Source: a virus (Duplodnaviria > Caudoviricetes). From it: 41,633 nucleotides of DNA. Location: the IMG/VR virus record IMGVR_UViG_3300037991_002153, positions 1-41,633 of that record; one strand, 5' to 3'. The first letter of the stretch is position 1; each line of letters begins with the position of its first letter. The notes under the pieces were generated by a model that saw nothing but the letters and a program-made list of their open reading frames with translations, was not told the origin of the DNA and did no database searches. Both the position numbers and the translations under genes were made by a program. Below are positions 34,729 through 41,633 of this stretch, piece by piece.

Positions 34729-36135
34729 TTAGACTCCTTCTAGGTTAAACAGTGCATGAGACTCAGGAAGAGTTACTTCAAGACCAGCTTCGGTCAAGAT
34801 CATATCTTTTCTTAAATCCTCATCAGCACCTTGCACATTAGTCATCACTTGAGTGTCACGATTAATACCGTTACCAATTAATGGACGGTAAGCTAATTGT
34901 GTCATGTCAGCCATCAACATAAAACCAGATGAAATACCTCTAAACAGTGGCTCTTTAACAAGATTTAATGTTCCGTGTATTGTATCTATCACCATAATAT
35001 TATGACCAAAAGAACCCTGACGAGCTTCCATGTTCATTCTTAATGGTGACTGATTTGTTCCGGTAGCTGTTGGAGTAGCTTGTTCACTAGCATTTTTACT
35101 ATAAGCTAAAGAACTGCTTAAGAAAGCATCACTACCTAGCTTGTTGAAGAATGTGATTACTGGTAAACTACATAGAACCAGTTTCTCTGACATTCCACCT
35201 CTAGCCGGATCAAAGATAACCTCAAGATCACTTAGCAATCTATCATAAGTTAATTCTGACTGAGCAACACTTCTGTAATATGCACTTCCAGATGTATAAC
35301 TGAAAGCTGCATCATTAACCACTGGAGAGACGTTCTTAACAATGTGACCTACTAGACCTTCAGTGTATTGAATACCACCTACACGAGCTCTTTGACCGAA
35401 AAGCATTGCTCTTTCAATGTCAATTTTGTGCTCACGGAGTTTAGTAGCCCAGATACGATTCCACTCTTCAGCATACCCACGATAACGAGTTGCATAAGCA
35501 GTGTTAGTCATCTCTGCTGCTGTCTTAAAGATCTGAGTATACCCAAAATCATCTTCTAATTCAGAAGAGAATACATCAGGTGAACCAGATCCTTCTTCAA
35601 AAGAAGATCCTATAATTTGAGCTACATCATCATCAGCAATGCTATTACTACCACTTACAGCGGATACATCAATTACTTTACCTGTAAATGTTGACTGATC
35701 ACTTCCATGACTTACTCCTGACTCTACTCTAACCAATGCTTGACCATACCCAGCATCTGAATCAACCGTACCAACAGCTAAAACCATACCTTTTATAAGG
35801 TACTCAACAGCAGCACCGGCAGCAGTATCAACAGTAAATGAATATGAAGAGCCTGCGGAAACCGTGCCAACTGCTCCCTTAATTAAAAGAGAACGGTCTG
35901 TAAAGCTAATGCGATTACGATTTTCCAAATAACGGAACACGGGGTCATCGGTAGGTGACTTAGCGACCTGATTTAGGTAGACGAAAAATGGTGATTCTTC
36001 AGGGACTAATTCAGCAACCCTGTCACCAAAATTAAATATTCGTCTTCTATCCGGTCTTTGACCTACACTAGCATCGGAAGTAGTAGCAGTTATATCACTG
36101 GACTTTAATGTTCCAGTATTAAACGATATTGCCAT
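34729..36135 (-). CDS. Major capsid protein (SU10/DUF5309-like HK97 fold)
   Basis: PEESPF, GSSFEEGSGSP, GYTQIFKT, KLREHKIDIERAMLFG, IDTIHGTL, ILTEAGLEV; strong RBS. Confidence 0.9.
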   Translation of the reverse strand: MAISFNTGTLKSSDITATTSDASVGQRPDRRRIFNFGDRVAELVPEESPFFVYLNQVAKSPTDDPVFRYLENRNRISFTDRSLLIKGAVGTVSAGSSYSFTVDTAAGAAVEYLIKGMVLAVGTVDSDAGYGQALVRVESGVSHGSDQSTFTGKVIDVSAVSGSNSIADDDVAQIIGSSFEEGSGSPDVFSSELEDDFGYTQIFKTAAEMTNTAYATRYRGYAEEWNRIWATKLREHKIDIERAMLFGQRARVGGIQYTEGLVGHIVKNVSPVVNDAAFSYTSGSAYYRSVAQSELTYDRLLSDLEVIFDPARGGMSEKLVLCSLPVITFFNKLGSDAFLSSSLAYSKNASEQATPTATGTNQSPLRMNMEARQGSFGHNIMVIDTIHGTLNLVKEPLFRGISSGFMLMADMTQLAYRPLIGNGINRDTQVMTNVQGADEDLRKDMILTEAGLEVTLPESHALFNLEGV

Positions 36136-36169
36136 TTTTATTTCCTTTGTGTTTTTTTGTTATTATTAA

Positions 36170-36955
36170 TTACGGCAACCTTCCAGCACCACTCGTATTC
36201 ATTATAGAGTCAAACATTTTATTAGCATCACTCTTAACTGATCCTTGTGGTTGCCCTTGAAGAACTCCTGCTGTGCGAGGAGCTTGCTTTGCAGCATTTA
36301 CCGCTTCCATTGTATCATTGTTTGCAACAGACTGCCCTCTTTGCATCTGCCAAAGTTTGACTAGATTGTTTAAACCTACTCGCTCTTTTGGTTGTGTAGT
36401 GAACTGTAAGAAATCATTTATATCATTATCTGACATTTTATGAGTTCCTCTTAGTTCATTCACAGTATTTTGCATTTGCATTTGTTGTTGCATCTGTTGC
36501 TGTTGTTGGGATAATGCAGAATTCAATCGCTGCTGTACCAAGTTTTCTATCTTTGTATTCACATATCGTCCTGACTCTGAATTTTCATCTGTAAATGCAT
36601 CCCATGGATTGAAATCGTCCTTACTTACATTAGGCTCTGCCTGCTTTTGTTGTTGATTTCCGGCAATACCATCTTCAAGTACCTTCACCAAGTCTGGTCT
36701 CTGCTCAAGTAGTTGTAGAATCTGAGCACCTTGTTGCAACTTTGCATTTTCGGCTTGAGCACGATCATACATTGATTGAAACTTTTTTGACTCAGCTTCA
36801 TAATCTACAGAAGTAGACTGTTCTTGTGTTGGTTCTTGATCCACAGCAGCGGCTTCTGGGCCTGCTTGCTGACTGATGATATCCTCTTCAAACGCACTAT
36901 TAGCAGCGGGCTGTTCGATAGGGACATTCACTTCCTGTTGTTCTGTTGTAGACAT
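36170..36955 (-). CDS. Capsid scaffolding protein
   Basis: Between portal and MCP; acidic disordered N-terminus, KKFQSMYDRA coiled coil, Q-rich. Confidence 0.75.
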   Translation of the reverse strand: MSTTEQQEVNVPIEQPAANSAFEEDIISQQAGPEAAAVDQEPTQEQSTSVDYEAESKKFQSMYDRAQAENAKLQQGAQILQLLEQRPDLVKVLEDGIAGNQQQKQAEPNVSKDDFNPWDAFTDENSESGRYVNTKIENLVQQRLNSALSQQQQQMQQQMQMQNTVNELRGTHKMSDNDINDFLQFTTQPKERVGLNNLVKLWQMQRGQSVANNDTMEAVNAAKQAPRTAGVLQGQPQGSVKSDANKMFDSIMNTSGAGRLP

Positions 36956-36979
36956 AAACTCTCCTTTAGATGTCTCTTG

Positions 36980-39010
36980 CTAGGCCTTCGGAGCGGAACC
37001 AGCTTTTCTCTCAAGATCCTTGAGATTGTTTGCTAATTTCTCCACCTCGAGCTTCACCTCGTTTTCTAGTTTACTACGTTGCACTCTCCTATCTGCTTTT
37101 GACTCAGAGGAAACCTCAGAAAGTCTAGATTTAAACTTCTCAACCTCCACTCTTTTTCTATCACTAACAGATTCTCTCTGTGCTGTCTGCAAGTCACCTT
37201 GCAAATTCTTTATCTGAGCTTCTAATGCTTGTATCTGCTGACTCATTAATTGTTTTTCTTCAGTACGTCTCATAATACCTTCTTTATCAAATAGCTCTGG
37301 ATTTTTCTTTAACACCTCATAACGATCAACAATTCCTAATTGAAATGCTTCTAAGTACACTGCTAACTCAGCATACTTACTAGAAGGCATCGTTGATCCG
37401 GGCTCAATTCTTACATCGTGTTTATCTAACATATGTCTTTCTTTTTTCAAATCTAATACTGCTTGACTGACATCTGTATAAAAATTAGCCATAACCTCGG
37501 TAATATTATTATTAGGTTGAGCTAATCTAAAAATCTTTTTATAGGTGTAATGACCTTTTGATAAATTATAAAGGACTTTACCTAACTTGTTAATACTAAA
37601 CTCAATATCTCTTAATTTAGATTTTGGTCTTTCACTTCCAAGAGCAATCATACGTTCTGTTGCCCTCACTGTATCTGGAGCTTTATCAGCAAAGCCATGC
37701 ATCATTTCTGGCAATCCAAATATAAAATCTATATAGAACTCTGACTGTTGTATTAGTCGATAGAACTCACCAGCTAATGGTTGAGGAGCAGGATAGTGTG
37801 GTTCTCCTTGTGAAGAATCAACTTCAATGACTGCATTTGGGTTTGCCCAGTCTTTTTCTAACTGAGATAAATCCTCAACACTACCTAAAGGAACCAACAG
37901 TTTTAATCCAGCAGAAGCTTGAGCGTGTGACAAAGCCAATGACCATAGCTTATTTAGGAGTCTTTGCATTGGTCTGGCTCTAGAAACATCGCTCTTTGGA
38001 TAAGGTGTTCCTGTCCAAATATTCGGTAAAGGTACAATAGGATACTCATCAGTGTTTAGTATCTGTTCATATAGCACAACTTCTCCCATAGATGCACAAA
38101 CCTTTACCCTTGTTTGTAATACCTCTATCGCTGTATAAGCTTGTATCTCAAATGCTTCTACGTTTTCGTTGTAGAAAACAGCGTATTCCTCTTGAGATAA
38201 TATATCTTCTTCTTGAGTCTTACGATTAATCACCCTGTAAAAAGGAACCTTTACTTTAAAAAACCTTTCTAATACCTGATACTTCTTAGATTCAAAGTAA
38301 TCTTTATCCTTAACATCAGCAGGCGTAAATACCTTCATACTATTTCTATTTTGAGAAGAAGGATAGTCTTCTTCATCGTAGGTAAATCCTGATATGTCGT
38401 GGATAAGACCTTTTATCTCCTCTCCGGTAATTGGATCAACACGATCTCCTAATTCAGGGTAGAGGTTGACGGCTTGTTCTCCCGTGAGGATGGTGGAAAG
38501 GATAAGACCATCTGAGTCGCTAAACCATCTATTTCTAGAACTGGGGGATGCATAAACCCTAAAAGGATCTATATAAGTGAACCTGACATCACCTCTACCA
38601 AAATCTGACTCTCTATCAATATAAGCATATAAATAACCCATACCTGTTGTTGCATAATCTTGTATGGCTTGTTTCATTTGCCAATCACCATCTGACGTTT
38701 CCCATATGTAATTCATAATACTACGCCACAACGTAGCAACTTGCACATCAGAATCTTCTCTAGGGGTGATTGTAAATGCAGGAGGTCTAGAAGTTAAAAC
38801 AGCTTTAAATTTTTCAATAGCAGATGAAACACGATCCATTGGTATATCTGCTTGATTTCTAGAAGCAAGCTCATCGGATTCATCTTGGGTAAAATGATTG
38901 CCCAAATAAAAGTCAATATCTCTACGAGCTTCCGTATCCCAGTCAGATCGAGCATCTCTCCACTGTCTGTAAAGCTCATCGTTGTATAAAGCTCTTTTAT
39001 CTTGCTCCAT
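36980..39010 (-). CDS. Portal protein (P22-like)
   Basis: 676 aa; DIDFYLGNHFT, TTGMGYL, YPIVP, QRLLNKLWS, DVRIEPGSTMPS, C-terminal coiled-coil barrel. Confidence 0.9.
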   Translation of the reverse strand: MEQDKRALYNDELYRQWRDARSDWDTEARRDIDFYLGNHFTQDESDELASRNQADIPMDRVSSAIEKFKAVLTSRPPAFTITPREDSDVQVATLWRSIMNYIWETSDGDWQMKQAIQDYATTGMGYLYAYIDRESDFGRGDVRFTYIDPFRVYASPSSRNRWFSDSDGLILSTILTGEQAVNLYPELGDRVDPITGEEIKGLIHDISGFTYDEEDYPSSQNRNSMKVFTPADVKDKDYFESKKYQVLERFFKVKVPFYRVINRKTQEEDILSQEEYAVFYNENVEAFEIQAYTAIEVLQTRVKVCASMGEVVLYEQILNTDEYPIVPLPNIWTGTPYPKSDVSRARPMQRLLNKLWSLALSHAQASAGLKLLVPLGSVEDLSQLEKDWANPNAVIEVDSSQGEPHYPAPQPLAGEFYRLIQQSEFYIDFIFGLPEMMHGFADKAPDTVRATERMIALGSERPKSKLRDIEFSINKLGKVLYNLSKGHYTYKKIFRLAQPNNNITEVMANFYTDVSQAVLDLKKERHMLDKHDVRIEPGSTMPSSKYAELAVYLEAFQLGIVDRYEVLKKNPELFDKEGIMRRTEEKQLMSQQIQALEAQIKNLQGDLQTAQRESVSDRKRVEVEKFKSRLSEVSSESKADRRVQRSKLENEVKLEVEKLANNLKDLERKAGSAPKA

Positions 39011-39011
39011 T

Positions 39012-40271
39012 TTATCTAGGCATCTCCATTGATTCAGAACCCATACCTTGTCTTACTGCAGGCACACCTCTCATCATGCTTTGCATCTTTGCAAATTCTA
39101 ATAAATCTCTCATTCTCATCGAATCGGCCATCGTAGTATTTGGCATAGGTGGTGCTTGCATCTCTATACTTTCTGGATTATCAAGCATACCTTTTAATCT
39201 CATCAACTCTAGTGTTTTTAAGGCTTTATTCTCTGTGTCTTGATTTATGCTATCTTGTAACATCATAGCACTATCTCTAACAGCTCCTAAAACACTACCT
39301 CTATAAACATTAGGATTGGCCATTCTTTGATCAATACTTTGTTCTAATTGACGATTTTGTTCATCAGCAAACATCTGTGGATCTGGCATTGGCCCTATCA
39401 TACCACCATCTTGAAAACCTAATAGTTGACGAAGCCTGCCTTTACTTTCAGGCTCTCCAGATAAGAACTGATCAACCATAGCAAAAGGTATTGAGTCTTG
39501 AGGTGCAAATGCCATTTGTTGAGTAGCATCCATTCCTGCCTTTGCTCTCGCTAAGTTCATCCGACTACTTTTACCTTCACCTCCATAATACCTTAAACCT
39601 TGTCCTCCTCCAACTTGATCCGCTGGAATAGACATTACTCTTCTAAGATTGTAAATGTTCCCATCTCTATCCATATTTGATTGATCAAAATCAGCACCAG
39701 CTCCTAATAAAGTTTTTCTTTGAACGCTTCCACCATCTTGCATACCCATCATCTTTTTCTTCATAGCCATACCACCGCCCATCATACCCATAAGTGAATT
39801 GTCTACCATGCCACCCATCTGCATATAACCCATACGATTTCTAACCATCTCTGGTAACTTGCCTAGACCGGGGTTGTCTTTTGGTACTGGCTTTAGTTGT
39901 CCACCTTTTTCCATCATCATCATTTTGTCTTTAACCATACCACCATGACCATATCCCATCATTTTGTTTTTTACCATGCCGCCATGACCATACTGGTTCA
40001 TTACCATTCCACCACCAGCATAAGCATCAACCATGCCACCTGTGCCCATTGGCTTAGGCCCAGCGTTCACCATGCCACCACCATACATTCCTTTCATGTT
40101 TGCTGTTGTAGCCATTTCAATTAGTCTATCAATATTAGAATGCCCACCTTTCTCTGGCATATTATTAATCATATTCAACATAGGGACTCCTACCATATCA
40201 ACGGCTTCTTTGCGGATAACAAACTCACCGGGGGTTAAAATTGTTTTTACTGTATCTGTTGTACCGGGCAT
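39012..40271 (-). CDS. Met/Gly-rich xxGG-repeat protein with N-terminal DTV..LTPGEFVI domain
   Basis: About 11 (Y/M/F)xxGGx(V/I/L) motifs; TAATG-coupled to the endolysin gene. Confidence 0.8.
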   Translation of the reverse strand: MPGTTDTVKTILTPGEFVIRKEAVDMVGVPMLNMINNMPEKGGHSNIDRLIEMATTANMKGMYGGGMVNAGPKPMGTGGMVDAYAGGGMVMNQYGHGGMVKNKMMGYGHGGMVKDKMMMMEKGGQLKPVPKDNPGLGKLPEMVRNRMGYMQMGGMVDNSLMGMMGGGMAMKKKMMGMQDGGSVQRKTLLGAGADFDQSNMDRDGNIYNLRRVMSIPADQVGGGQGLRYYGGEGKSSRMNLARAKAGMDATQQMAFAPQDSIPFAMVDQFLSGEPESKGRLRQLLGFQDGGMIGPMPDPQMFADEQNRQLEQSIDQRMANPNVYRGSVLGAVRDSAMMLQDSINQDTENKALKTLELMRLKGMLDNPESIEMQAPPMPNTTMADSMRMRDLLEFAKMQSMMRGVPAVRQGMGSESMEMPR

Positions 40272-40678
40272 TACTCTTTTATTTCAAAGTGAGGAAAGTC
40301 ATCAAAGCGGTTATCTTTAACTTCCCACCTTCCTTTTTCTTCGTACATATCCCAATTACCACCCCATCTTAACTTAATACCCATACCACGGGCAATACCA
40401 AGAACGAAGCCAGCAAAAAGTGTTTGGCGTTCTCTATCCTCCCAATCGATAGGATAAGGGGTAACGTCAACGGCTTTAGAAGGGCTAGCATTATGGCGAC
40501 CATTAGGATACTTAACCTTAGTACGACCTTTATTAAATAAATCATTTTGTCTTTCCTTTCCTCTATGCCCCTCTAAAATACTACAGTCAACGTACTTAAT
40601 TACTTCATTAAATACATCTTGTAACTTTTGATCGCAAGTAGCGAGTCTTGATTTTGATCGATTAGAGTATCTAGGCAT
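40271..40678 (-). CDS. Endolysin, peptidase M15 (L-Ala-D-Glu peptidase-like)
   Basis: ILEGHRGKERQ...GRHN...AVDV...LRWGGNW...DDFPHFE Zn-binding motifs. Confidence 0.9.
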   Translation of the reverse strand: MPRYSNRSKSRLATCDQKLQDVFNEVIKYVDCSILEGHRGKERQNDLFNKGRTKVKYPNGRHNASPSKAVDVTPYPIDWEDRERQTLFAGFVLGIARGMGIKLRWGGNWDMYEEKGRWEVKDNRFDDFPHFEIKE

Positions 40679-40733
40679 AATTGTATTTAGCTATGTTATG
40701 TTAAACATAAAATATGACAAGTACAATAATTAT

Positions 40734-41633
40734 TTAGAATCTTGCCCCACTCATCCAGTTGTAGGCTCTTCTAGTTATCTTACGAATAGGTTGGTCAGCC
40801 TCTGCTTCAAGTGACTCTAGTTTTGTTGAGGCACTCTTTGGTGGTTTAGCAAAGTAGTCTGCATAGTATAAAGCATCCATAACATCATCGTTTCTTGGTT
40901 TAGGATGTTCAAAGAACTCATCAACCAGTTCTGTCATCTCTCTTTGGATGTAAAGTTTCTTAGAATTAACAATTGGGCCTAGTGTTGTTTCTAGCCTATC
41001 TTGTTTTTTAATTCTATTTGGTGGCTTTACCCCCTTAAAGATTCCGGGTAGTAATCTTTTTTCAGATGCAGATAATCTAGTTACCATATCTCTTACCATT
41101 TCCTGTGCAGCTACCGTTTCAATCGTCACTCGTCTTACCGGAGTGTACTTATTTGCCAAGGAGATTATTTGTTTGGGAACGTCAAACGTAGGGATTCTCT
41201 CTCTAAAGTACTCTAATACATACCGATTTTTGTTAGAGTCTATGCCCATAACTAAGATCACTTGATAATCTGAGTTTTCAGAAGCAGTAGCTGCTAGGTC
41301 AACACCAATGTAAATATTGATAGGGATTGCATTATCCCCTTCTATTAAATAATTAAACTTTCCTTTATTCTCAACCCTTCCTTTGTAATACTGTATTCGA
41401 TCTATCTTAAACGATGCATTGGTAATATCTCTCGCATCATTCATATATTCCTGTGCAAACTTATTAACCAGTCCTGCTTCGATAAACTCTCTTTTCTTTC
41501 CCTCTAGCTTTTTCATAGAGAATTGTTCTGGCCATATAGACTGATTATTTTCAATAGCTCTATGAAAGACAACGCTCCAAGGATACTTTCTATTTTCTTC
41601 TTTTGCTTTGTTGTAACCATCTACAACCATTTG
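40734..41633 (-). CDS. terL: Terminase large subunit, C-terminal nuclease part (continuation of 1-1108)
   Basis: FAQEYMN, IYIGVDLA, IETVAAQ, KQDRL, NDDVMDAL RNase H-fold motifs. Confidence 0.95.
   Translation of the reverse strand, partial: QMVVDGYNKAKEENRKYPWSVVFHRAIENNQSIWPEQFSMKKLEGKKREFIEAGLVNKFAQEYMNDARDITNASFKIDRIQYYKGRVENKGKFNYLIEGDNAIPINIYIGVDLAATASENSDYQVILVMGIDSNKNRYVLEYFRERIPTFDVPKQIISLANKYTPVRRVTIETVAAQEMVRDMVTRLSASEKRLLPGIFKGVKPPNRIKKQDRLETTLGPIVNSKKLYIQREMTELVDEFFEHPKPRNDDVMDALYYADYFAKPPKSASTKLESLEAEADQPIRKITRRAYNWMSGARF
41222..41633. repeat. Terminal assembly overlap (copy 2) = 1-412
   Basis: See copy 1. Confidence 0.97.

Noticed and set aside
16131-40320. All + strand ORFs within the late arm and nested - strand ORFs 25263-25496 and 38794-38979
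   Set aside because: Shadows of structural genes; e.g. His-rich 39897-40124 is the antisense of Met/Gly codons
1-41633. Alternative genetic code and host assignment
   Set aside because: Long ORFs tile the genome in the standard code; nothing in the sequence lets me name the host with support

Overview
This window is an essentially complete, circularly assembled tailed-phage genome with a podovirus-type gene set. The unit length is 41,221 bp; bases 1-412 are repeated at 41222-41633 with 10 synonymous differences. There are two divergent arms. The + strand early/middle arm (2387-13357) carries a DUF932-like gene, a GP88-like gene, an HExxH protein, AbrB-like, Nmad1/DUF1599-like, HNH, a Cas4-like exonuclease, two SSB-like proteins, an Hjc-like resolvase and many small Zn-ribbon ORFs. 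The - strand late arm runs terS, terL (across the contig junction), M15 endolysin, an xxGG-repeat protein, portal, scaffold, major capsid, basic proteins, adaptors, an S74-chaperone tail fibre, membrane/lysis proteins, nozzle and three ejection proteins. I recognised no DNA polymerase, helicase, primase, integrase, RNA polymerase, sigma factor, tRNA or CRISPR. The most notable candidate system is regulatory. Seven early promoters share an exact ECF-sigma-like architecture (GGAAC-N17-GTATAA). A 90-nt structured intergenic RNA (9288-9377), downstream of the last of them, has single-stranded loops complementary to the ribosome-binding sites of the genes those promoters drive, suggesting an sRNA-based shut-off of early translation. 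Product calls are from motif recognition by eye, not database searches.
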